This document shows, piece after piece, positions 7,630 through 14,733 of a DNA stretch of 14,733 bases (its first letter is position 1; each line of letters begins with the position of its first letter). The stretch covers positions 1-14,733 of the forward strand of contig JBCBJQ010000130.1 of NCBI GenBank assembly GCA_038523235.1, read 5' to 3'. The position numbers and the translations under genes are program-made. The notes beneath the pieces were generated by a model that saw nothing but the letters and a program-made list of their open reading frames with translations, ran no database searches and was not told the origin of the DNA. The DNA is from Cyanobacteria bacterium J06626_4. Its GTDB lineage: Bacteria; Cyanobacteriota; Cyanobacteriia; Phormidesmidales; Phormidesmidaceae.

Positions 7630-7917
7630 TCAGCTACGACGATCGCGCTGGATGTCGTAAATCGCTTTCTCAATACACCAACTTCTCGAGCGACCTGGAT
7701 GGTTGAACTCAACCCGTTCAATCAACCGTTCAGAGACTCGCCGATCTTTGGTTAACCGGTCTAAACGGCGCATGAGCTGCGGGGAGGCAGCCGCTGCCCC
7801 CGACCGCGATCGCCCCAAGTGAGGCGCTGTGCCCAAGCGTCTGGGCGCGCGCCGACGGCGGCTTAACCACCATCCCAAAATCCCCAATACCATTACTGCT
7901 AATAGGATTTCAGTCAT
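7630..7917 (-). CDS. Hypothetical 95-aa protein with an N-terminal membrane anchor and basic soluble domain
   Basis: ATG start, hydrophobic ILLAVMVLGILGWWL followed by RRRR (positive-inside rule), and a helical-looking C-terminus ERLIER..HPGRSRSWCIEKAIYDIQRDRR. It fills the gap between two co-oriented genes. Confidence 0.8.
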   Translation of the reverse strand: MTEILLAVMVLGILGWWLSRRRRAPRRLGTAPHLGRSRSGAAAASPQLMRRLDRLTKDRRVSERLIERVEFNHPGRSRSWCIEKAIYDIQRDRRS

Positions 7918-8046
7918 TGCAATCGTCGATTGAGTAAGTCAGTCGGTCGGTCATGCCCTTGGTGAAAGCAAGGACCGTGCGGGTGTCATTGAGCCAAGAA
8001 TGCACCACGACGTCACAAAATGCCGTCGTGCATGTTTGATGTTCTA

Positions 8047-8382
8047 TCATTCCCCAATTGAGTCTGACGGCAACGTTGTCTCGGGCTCTGAAGTGGCTGT
8101 CGAGGGCTGTGGCGGCTCACCGCTTGAGGCGATGACATCGGTGAGTTGGGTGTCGCCAATTTGCCAGATCAATTCAGGGACAGGGTCATAGCCGCCGGCA
8201 TTAAACGGATGACAGCGGCTAATGCGGCGGAGGGCTAATCCTGACCCTGACACTGCCCCAAAGCGACGAATGGCTTCCAGCGCATATTGCGAGCAGGTGG
8301 GCGTAAAGCGGCAGGTGGGCGGTAGCAGCGGTGAAATCACGCTGCGATACCCCTGAATGCTCCAAATTAAAAGGGTCTTCAT
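8047..8382 (-). CDS. yidD: Membrane protein insertion efficiency factor YidD
   Basis: Family signature [25 protein letters not shown]...[15 protein letters not shown] with the three conserved Cys, followed by a low-complexity acidic tail of about 40 aa. Confidence 0.95.
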   Translation of the reverse strand: MKTLLIWSIQGYRSVISPLLPPTCRFTPTCSQYALEAIRRFGAVSGSGLALRRISRCHPFNAGGYDPVPELIWQIGDTQLTDVIASSGEPPQPSTATSEPETTLPSDSIGE

Positions 8383-8580
8383 GGCTGATGAGAAGGCATT
8401 CCCTTGATCCTAGCTTGCGGCCTCTCATTCTTGGGGTATAAAAGTGCGATCGCTCCGTTACATTTGTTAAAGTGCTTCCAGATGGCAGAGAGCAAAATGC
8501 CTGGGGGAGCGCCCTATTTTGAGCGGTGAAATCGCTCGATTGTCCTTGCTGTTGCCGAGATCCCTATAGGAATTGCTGCC

Positions 8581-10308
8581 ATGCTGCGCCTCGAAAATAT
8601 TTGCAAGATCTACCCCACTGGCGAAGTGCTGAAGGATGTCAATTGGGAGGTTAAATCCGGCGATCGCATTGGTTTGGTGGGCGTGAATGGGGCTGGTAAA
8701 TCAACACAGCTCAAAATTATTCGCGGGGATGTGGAACCGACCAGTGGCAGTGTGGTACGGCCCGCCAGCCTCAAAATTGGCTATCTCAATCAAGAATTTG
8801 AGGTTGAGGTTGATCGCACGGTGCGCGACGAGTTTTGGACGGTGTTTCACGAAGCCAATGCGATTCACCATCGGCTGATGGAAATTCCGCACCATATGGA
8901 AACAGCGGATGCCGACGAGTTAGACAAATTAATTCATGAGCTAGATCGGCAGCAGCGTAAATTCGAAGCGTTGGACGGTTATGGCTTGGATGCCCGCATC
9001 GAAAAAATCTTGCCTGAAATGGGGTTTACTGCCGCCGATGGAGATCGCTTGGTGAGTGAATTCAGCGGCGGCTGGCAGATGCGCATGGGATTGGGTAAGG
9101 TGTTGCTGCAAGATCCCGATCTGCTGCTGCTGGATGAGCCGACGAACCACTTGGATTTAGAAACGATTGAGTGGCTGGAGAATTATCTGAAAGGCGTCAA
9201 CACGCCGATGGTCATCGTGTCCCATGACCGCGAGTTTTTAGACCGCCTCTGTACGCAAATTGTGGAAACTGAGCGCGGCGTTTCGACCACCTACCTAGGC
9301 AATTACAGCAAGTACTTAGAGCAAAAAGCCGAGAACCGTTTAGCTCAACTCAGTGCCTATGAACGGCAGCAAAAGGATATTGCCCAGCAGCAGGCTTATA
9401 TTGACCGCTTTCGCGCCAGCGCTACTCGTAGTACCCAGGCGAAAAGCCGCGAAAAGCAGCTGAATAAGGTCGAGCGCATTGAAGCGCCCGAATCGGACGT
9501 GCGGACGCTGAAATTTCAGTTTCCCCCCGCACCGCGCAGTGGCGAAGAGGTGGTGGTAATTGAAGAGATGACCCACTGCTATGAAGACAAAATTTTATTC
9601 TTAGGAGCTAATCTCCAAATTGAGCGGGGCGATCGCATTGCCTTTCTCGGCCCCAACGGCGCGGGTAAATCGACTCTGCTGCGCCTGATTTTAGGGCGAG
9701 AGCAACCCACCGAAGGTATCGTGCGCACCGGTAAGCACAACGTGTTGCCAAAATATTTTGAGCAAAATCAGGCCGAAGCGCTCGATCTCAATAAAACCGT
9801 GATGGACACGTTGCAAGACATCGTCCCCGATTGGAAGGTAGAGCAGGTGCGCACGCTACTCGGGCAGTTTTTGTTTACCGGCGATATGGTGTTCAAAAAG
9901 GTCGAGGCGCTCAGTGGAGGCGAGAAGGCTCGCTTAGCGATGGCGGCAATGTTAATTCAACCGGCGAATCTGCTGATTTTGGATGAGCCGACAAATCACC
10001 TCGATATTCCCGCTAAGGAAACCCTAGAGGCCGCTTTACGCCAGTACGACGGCACCATTTTGCTGGTGTCGCACGATCGCTACTTTATTTCTCAGGTCGC
10101 GACCAAGATTGTCGAAATTCGCGACGGTGAGCTGCGTCTCTATCGCGGTGACTATCACTATTACCTAGAGAAGCTAGAAGCGGAAAAAGAGCAGGCGAAG
10201 CGGCAGGCGGCAGAAGCTCTGCAGGCGGCAAAACAAGCGGCGAAGCGGAGTAAGCAAAAAGAAAAGCAGAAATCTAAAGCGGCGGCTCGCAAAGCAGCTC
10301 AGTCTTAA
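8581..10308 (+). CDS. ABC-F family ribosome-associated ATPase (tandem ABC domains, no TM segments)
   Basis: Two NBDs (GVNGAGKS / FSGGW / LLLLDEPTNHLD and GPNGAGKS / LSGGE / LLILDEPTNHLD), an inter-ABC linker YERQQKDI..YIDRFRASATRSTQAKSR, and a basic coiled-coil tail. Subfamily not assignable by eye. Confidence 0.95.
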   Translation: MLRLENICKIYPTGEVLKDVNWEVKSGDRIGLVGVNGAGKSTQLKIIRGDVEPTSGSVVRPASLKIGYLNQEFEVEVDRTVRDEFWTVFHEANAIHHRLMEIPHHMETADADELDKLIHELDRQQRKFEALDGYGLDARIEKILPEMGFTAADGDRLVSEFSGGWQMRMGLGKVLLQDPDLLLLDEPTNHLDLETIEWLENYLKGVNTPMVIVSHDREFLDRLCTQIVETERGVSTTYLGNYSKYLEQKAENRLAQLSAYERQQKDIAQQQAYIDRFRASATRSTQAKSREKQLNKVERIEAPESDVRTLKFQFPPAPRSGEEVVVIEEMTHCYEDKILFLGANLQIERGDRIAFLGPNGAGKSTLLRLILGREQPTEGIVRTGKHNVLPKYFEQNQAEALDLNKTVMDTLQDIVPDWKVEQVRTLLGQFLFTGDMVFKKVEALSGGEKARLAMAAMLIQPANLLILDEPTNHLDIPAKETLEAALRQYDGTILLVSHDRYFISQVATKIVEIRDGELRLYRGDYHYYLEKLEAEKEQAKRQAAEALQAAKQAAKRSKQKEKQKSKAAARKAAQS

Positions 10309-10351
10309 CGGCGGAATGGCCGATTAAGGCGATTGCCGGGGCGGGAGCAAT

Positions 10352-12592
10352 TTAGCTCTCACGTGGATTGTTTGAGGCCGCTGCATTCGCTTTGCTCGGG
10401 TCGCCTTCTAGCACGCGCACGCGCGCAAACTTCAAGCCGGTAACGCCCTGCAGAGGTTCAACTCTGCCCTGCTCAATGTCAGTGCCGACCCACCCTGCTC
10501 GCTGCAAATAACGCAAGTAGTCTTGATATTCTTGCCATTCATCGCTGGTGGAATAGACCAGCGTCAGACAACCGGGCTGGGTGATGCGCTCGTGAGTCTT
10601 GGCATCTAGGGCTTTGTCAATGCGCTTCTTGACGATTTCATAGCGAGTATCTCGGGTGCCGCGCACCTCAAACAGCCGCTCGGTGTTTTCGTCGTGGGTG
10701 ATATCGACGGTACAGTCTTGCACCAACACCAGATGGGTGATGTCCATTTCAGTCGTGTGTTGCGCCTTGAGGCGAAAGCCCGTGCGGGCACAATCGCAGA
10801 CGGCGCGCAGCTGCTCATAGCGCAGGCTGCGTAGGTGAAAGGGGGAGAAGTGGCGATCAATCGTTTTCCCCGTATAAATCATGTGATCAATACCGTCGGT
10901 CGATTCGATGTCGCAATAGTGGGGCGAGACGGCCTGCATCGTGTGCTGCCAGCGCTGCCAGGTCGCGCGCAGCGATAAATTAATCTGCTGCACGGTTTTG
11001 TCGTAGATCGATCGCGCTCGATAAATGCAGCCCTGCTCGGGATCTTTGGCCGATTGATAGGCCGCGATCGCCGCTTGGGCCGACTCACCACAGGTATTGA
11101 AGAAGTCGAAGTGGGCTTCCACATGATCCTGTAGGTAGCGCAACAAGGTGATTTCGGCATCCACCGTGACTCCCCCCTGCAGCTGCTCAATTTTTTGCAG
11201 TAAATCGTCGCGGCACTGATTTGCAAAGGCTTGGTTGACGGCCGCGCAGACGGCATTGATGATCGCTAACCCCAGCCGAAACTGCTCTAGCAGATCTTGC
11301 TGAATGGCGCGATTGCGCTCGTGGGACGAGCCGCGAATGTCAGAAATGCCGTAGAGCGGATACACGTCGCTGAAGGTGATCGGTGCGGGGGGCAGGCCCA
11401 ACCCACGGCGCTCTGACTCCTCTTCAAACCGCCAACGAACCGATTCATGAACGTGGTGAAAGCGTTCATTCACGGTTTGCCGCATGGCGATCGTCAGGGC
11501 CGGGGCCAGGGTTTTGCCATTGTGTTCATCAATGGCATCAAAGGCGTCCGGCTGGTCACTGATCAACCCCACCACACCCAGCCTTTGCGCTGAATCATGC
11601 AGCTGCGTTGGTCTCACAACAAGTGGCAAAATCAGCATCGATTTAGCCGACCGAGCTTGCAGCAGGGTTTCGCAGGCTGAAAGGGCGGGACTACTGAGGT
11701 CTGGCAGATTCAAGACGGTGCCCTGGGAGGCGGCTTCGAACAATACTGACCCCTGCAAGGACTCGACCGGTAGTGGGTGTACCGTCCACTCGGTGCTGTC
11801 TAAATCAAGATAGATTTCAGCATGACCGCCCTCAGCGGTGAGAATCAGGCTATCCGTGGCACGAAATAGGCGCTGCAGCAAATGATTGGCCTGCTGGAAT
11901 CGATGGGGCTGCAGAATCGACTCGCGGTCTAACAAGAGATGCATGAGCCGCTGGGTGACCTCGCGATCGCTGACGTCCATACCTTCGATCAAAATCATGC
12001 CGCTAGCTTGATACGTCTGCGGATTCAGCAGCTGTAGCGCCTTCTGAAGTGGCGACTGGGGCTGATTGAGCTGCTGCATTACTGCTGACGCATCGGGCGG
12101 GGTGCTCCAGCAGGCATCCAGAGCCGCGTCCACAGCCGGATCGAGGGACAGCAACCGCACGTGATCACTACTCACCGTAAATTCCACAAAGCGGGCGCGA
12201 TCGCCATCCAGCGGACGCACCGACAAAATCAGCGATTCATGCAGCCAGCGCGACGGCAAGAGGTCATCTCGGTGATAGCGACGAGTCAGAATCGCATTTA
12301 AAACATGGCGACGAATGCGCTCTCGCACCCAGAGCTGATCGTCAGGTTCGAGCCGCTTCAGCACCACATCGCCCAAGGTCGGTGGCGTATCCACCATGCC
12401 CACGAGATGTCGAAAGCGATTGCTCGTCCACTCGATGCGGTGAGTCGATAAATCCACCGCAGCCACCAACAACCGACTGTGGTGCTCTAAGACTGACCAC
12501 CAGCCCGGCATCGCCTGGGGCGTCTGATTTAACAAATGTCCATTGGTGGCAACGCTCGTCTGCCCGACGGGCTCAGTGGGCTGAAAGGCCAT
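10352..12592 (-). CDS. Soluble PAS-like + GAF-domain protein with an uncharacterised C-terminal domain (putative divergent class III nucleotide-cyclase fold)
   Basis: Long ORF; preferred start is the ATG at 12592 (746 aa), which has AAGGGGA just upstream. PAS-like hallmarks (VAAVDLSTHRIEWTSNRFRHLVG, LEPDD, GMILIEGMDVSDR) and GAF hallmarks (LNLPDL, KSMLILPL, LGVVGLISDQPDAFDAID). The CDS is secure; the C-terminal domain call is inference. Confidence 0.85.
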   Translation of the reverse strand: MAFQPTEPVGQTSVATNGHLLNQTPQAMPGWWSVLEHHSRLLVAAVDLSTHRIEWTSNRFRHLVGMVDTPPTLGDVVLKRLEPDDQLWVRERIRRHVLNAILTRRYHRDDLLPSRWLHESLILSVRPLDGDRARFVEFTVSSDHVRLLSLDPAVDAALDACWSTPPDASAVMQQLNQPQSPLQKALQLLNPQTYQASGMILIEGMDVSDREVTQRLMHLLLDRESILQPHRFQQANHLLQRLFRATDSLILTAEGGHAEIYLDLDSTEWTVHPLPVESLQGSVLFEAASQGTVLNLPDLSSPALSACETLLQARSAKSMLILPLVVRPTQLHDSAQRLGVVGLISDQPDAFDAIDEHNGKTLAPALTIAMRQTVNERFHHVHESVRWRFEEESERRGLGLPPAPITFSDVYPLYGISDIRGSSHERNRAIQQDLLEQFRLGLAIINAVCAAVNQAFANQCRDDLLQKIEQLQGGVTVDAEITLLRYLQDHVEAHFDFFNTCGESAQAAIAAYQSAKDPEQGCIYRARSIYDKTVQQINLSLRATWQRWQHTMQAVSPHYCDIESTDGIDHMIYTGKTIDRHFSPFHLRSLRYEQLRAVCDCARTGFRLKAQHTTEMDITHLVLVQDCTVDITHDENTERLFEVRGTRDTRYEIVKKRIDKALDAKTHERITQPGCLTLVYSTSDEWQEYQDYLRYLQRAGWVGTDIEQGRVEPLQGVTGLKFARVRVLEGDPSKANAAASNNPRES

Positions 12593-12803
12593 GATGGTGT
12601 CCCCTTGGTTTTCTTGACAGTCGTGCGGATTGAGCCCGCGATCGCGAGTCGAGAAAACCTCAATTGATTGATTTCGCTGAACACCCTGATGCACTTTGCC
12701 CCGTTTGCCCATTGGCTGACCGCTGCTGACAACCTCAACATCGGCTGCCCCGTTTCCAGAAACCCGCCCTTGCCTGGCGCTGTAGCCTGCGGCAACAACC
12801 CCT

Positions 12804-12809
12804 TACAAT
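12804..12809 (+). promoter_or_regulatory. Candidate -10 element (TACAAT) for ffh
   Basis: TACAAT about 92 nt upstream of the ffh ATG in the divergent intergenic region. No convincing -35. Confidence 0.4.
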
Positions 12810-12901
12810 AGAAATCCTAGAAAGTGGGCAAAAGGTCACAAAGTTACCTTCATTCTGCCCTATTTTTCGTTCCATCCCGCTTAATCGCATCAACTCAACC
12901 T

Positions 12902-14386
12902 ATGTTTGAAGCCCTCTCTGAACGTTTTGACTCGGCCTGGAAAAAGCTCCGAGGCCAAGACAAAATTAGCGAAGCCAATGTGCAAGAAGCCTTGCGGGAT
13001 GTGCGTCGAGCGCTGTTAGAAGCCGACGTTAATTTACAGGTGGTCAAGTCTTTCATCGCCAACGTGCAAGAGCAGGCGTTGGGCGCCGAAGTGGTTTCGG
13101 GCGTCAACCCTGGCCAGCAATTCATCAAAATTGTGAACGATGAGCTCACCCAGCTGATGGGTGAAACCAACAGTCCCCTAGCTCAAACGGAAGCTGCGCC
13201 CACAGTCATTTTGATGGCGGGCCTGCAGGGTACGGGTAAAACGACGGCCTCCGCCAAACTTGCCCTACATCTCCGCAAATCATCGCGCTCCGCCATGATG
13301 GTGGCGACCGACGTCTATCGTCCTGCTGCTGTGGATCAGCTGATCACGCTGGGTAAGCAGATTGACGTGCCGGTGTTTGATATGGGCACCGATGCTAACC
13401 CGGTGGATATTGCCCGTGAGGGGGTGGCCCGCGCTAAAGCCGAGGGCGTCGATACGGTCATCGTCGATACGGCGGGACGGCTACAAATTGACCCCGCCAT
13501 GATGGCGGAGCTGGCCCAGATTAAGACCGCCATTCAACCCGACGAAGTGCTGCTAGTGGTGGATGCGATGACGGGCCAAGAGGCGGCTAGCCTGACCCGC
13601 ACCTTTCACGATGAGATTGGCATTACCGGCGCGATTCTCACCAAGATGGATGGTGACTCGCGCGGGGGGGCCGCGCTCTCTGTACGGCAGATATCAGGTA
13701 AACCGATTAAGTTCATCGGGGTGGGCGAAAAGGTAGAAGCGCTCCAGCCGTTTTATCCCGATCGCATGGCCTCGCGCATTTTGGGCATGGGCGACGTGCT
13801 GACCCTGGTGGAAAAAGCTCAGGAAGCAGTGGATATTGCCGATGCCGAAAAGCTGCAGGAGAAGATTCTCGAAGCGAAGTTCGACTTCGATGATTTTCTC
13901 AAGCAGACGCGACTGATGAAAAACATGGGCTCTCTCGGCGGCATCATGAAGATGATTCCGGGGATGGCGGGAAAAATTTCTGACGATCAGCTGCGTCAGG
14001 GTGAAACCCAGCTCCGCCGGGTCGAAGCCATGATCAATTCCATGACGAAGCAGGAGCGCAAAAATCCGGAGTTGCTCTCCGGCTCCCCCAGTCGCCGTCG
14101 CCGCATTGCGAAAGGGGCAGGCTATCAGGATCGCGATGTCAGCAAGCTAGTCAGCGATTTTCAAAAAATGCGCACCATGATGCAGCAGATGGGCTCTGGC
14201 CAGATGGGCATGCCCGGCATGGGTGGTGGTATGCCCGGCATGGGCGGTGGTTTTCCTGGTATGGGGGGCGGCATGCCCGGCATGGGCGGCGGCGCTCAGC
14301 CCGGCTTTCGCGGCTATCCAGGCACGGGGGGCGGCGGTAAGAAGAAAAAGAAAGGCAAAAAGAAAAAGGGCTTTGGCGAGCTGTAG
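12902..14386 (+). CDS. ffh: Signal recognition particle protein Ffh (SRP54)
   Basis: N-terminus MFEALSERF, ALLEADV, GTPase motifs GLQGTGKTT, DTAGR and TKMDG..RGG, and M domain AMINSMT..ER.NP..SRRRRIAKGAG. The ATG at 12902 is preferred over the GTG at 12824; 494 aa. Confidence 0.98.
   Translation: MFEALSERFDSAWKKLRGQDKISEANVQEALRDVRRALLEADVNLQVVKSFIANVQEQALGAEVVSGVNPGQQFIKIVNDELTQLMGETNSPLAQTEAAPTVILMAGLQGTGKTTASAKLALHLRKSSRSAMMVATDVYRPAAVDQLITLGKQIDVPVFDMGTDANPVDIAREGVARAKAEGVDTVIVDTAGRLQIDPAMMAELAQIKTAIQPDEVLLVVDAMTGQEAASLTRTFHDEIGITGAILTKMDGDSRGGAALSVRQISGKPIKFIGVGEKVEALQPFYPDRMASRILGMGDVLTLVEKAQEAVDIADAEKLQEKILEAKFDFDDFLKQTRLMKNMGSLGGIMKMIPGMAGKISDDQLRQGETQLRRVEAMINSMTKQERKNPELLSGSPSRRRRIAKGAGYQDRDVSKLVSDFQKMRTMMQQMGSGQMGMPGMGGGMPGMGGGFPGMGGGMPGMGGGAQPGFRGYPGTGGGGKKKKKGKKKKGFGEL
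14210..14293 (+). repeat. In-frame 21-bp tandem repeat x4 encoding (M/F)PGMGGG in the Ffh tail
   Basis: ATGCCCGGCATGGGTGGTGGT, ATGCCCGGCATGGGCGGTGGT, TTTCCTGGTATGGGGGGCGGC, ATGCCCGGCATGGGCGGCGGC. Confidence 0.9.
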
Positions 14387-14395
14387 CGATCGCGG

Positions 14396-14429
14396 GTGAC
14401 GGTCAAGAGCGTTCCCCGCTGGCCGTTAT
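14396..14429 (+). terminator. Imperfect hairpin just downstream of ffh (3' stability or termination candidate)
   Basis: GTGACGGTCA (14396-14405) pairs with TGGCCGTTAT (14420-14429) using G-U pairs, with an inner GCG/CGC stem. No U-tract. Confidence 0.3.
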
Positions 14430-14503
14430 CGACTCAAGGGGAGACGTTAGAATCTGCCCTTAGCACCGGGTAAACCCAATTCTCTGAAACTGGATTACAG
14501 ATC

Positions 14504-14604
14504 TTCCTTTCGACTCCGCTCAAGGAACGTCGGCTGAGCGTAGGCGTCAGCCCGACGGGCAGGGCAGGCCAACACGTAGTGTCTCCTACTGGGAGAAAGC
14601 CGAC
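14504..14604. repeat. REP-like inverted doublet (core TTCGACTCCGCTCA); the second copy is interrupted by a ~56-nt structured insert
   Basis: Unit 1 is TTCCTT-TCGACTCCGCTC-AAGGAA (14504-14527). Unit 2 is GTCGGCT-GAGCG-[14541-14596]-A-AGCCGAC (14529-14604). Confidence 0.6.
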
Positions 14605-14733
14605 TTGTCTGTGTCGCTGTAATTCGTAGAACTGGTAAGTAGCTAGCCAGAATTAGACCTAAAACGCTCGACCGGGTATCCCCGCCGTTGCCCGCGTTCG
14701 TCAATGACCTCTATCAAAGCGATCGCCAAGTCA

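Larger units (their letters stand above)
1936..14726. repeat. HIP1 octamer GCGATCGC dispersed through the window (at least 18 copies)
   Basis: Copies start at 1936, 2266, 3261, 3791, 4392, 5900, 6288, 6787, 7806, 8446, 8660, 9629, 11064, 11963, 12197, 12638, 14386 and 14719. Less than one copy is expected by chance in 14.7 kb. HIP1 over-representation is an established cyanobacterial hallmark. Confidence 0.95.

Noticed and set aside
8457..8474. GTTACATT-T-GTTAAAGT as an HLR1 site between yidD and ABC-F
   Set aside because: One half-site is perfect, but the second is at 9-bp rather than 10-bp phase and is degenerate.
8581..10308. ABC-F as an antibiotic resistance (ARE) factor or a transporter subunit
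   Set aside because: No adjacent permease, no mobile context and no evident resistance-type features; a housekeeping ABC-F is the simplest reading.
4427..13533. Remaining short alternative-frame or antisense ORFs inside the ABC1, phosphatase, yidD, ABC-F, PAS-GAF and ffh genes
   Set aside because: They overlap well-supported genes and are expected by chance at this GC content; no motifs.
14387..14733. SRP RNA (ffs), rpsP, or the 69-aa ORF 14495-14704 downstream of ffh
   Set aside because: No SRP domain IV motif or S16 coding sequence is visible, and the ORF runs through the repeat cluster with no protein-like features.
1..14733. CRISPR array, integron cassette array or retron/msDNA locus suggested by the palindromes
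   Set aside because: There are no regularly spaced direct repeats and no cas, integrase or reverse transcriptase gene in the window.

Overview
Cyanobacterial chromosomal window, with at least 18 HIP1 octamers (GCGATCGC) by manual count. Nine genes are supported: nhaP/nhaS1 Na+/H+ antiporter (-), recN (-), ABC1/UbiB atypical kinase (+), PPP-family metallophosphoesterase (-), a 95-aa membrane-anchored hypothetical protein (-), yidD (-), an ABC-F ATPase (+), a ~746-aa PAS-GAF protein (-) and ffh/SRP54 (+). The most interesting coding signal is the C-terminal ~330 aa of the PAS-GAF protein. By manual motif alignment it reads as a strongly diverged class III nucleotide-cyclase-like domain with a ~100-aa insertion; this is an inference not yet tested by profile or structure search. 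The intergenic DNA is rich in small structured repeats: a MITE-like element with a perfect 66-bp inverted repeat at 1-208, a conserved-core REP-like unit at both ends of the window, a four-way-junction hairpin after the ABC1 gene, and a cluster of palindromes at 6479-6675. No rRNA, tRNA, CRISPR array or transposase gene is visible.
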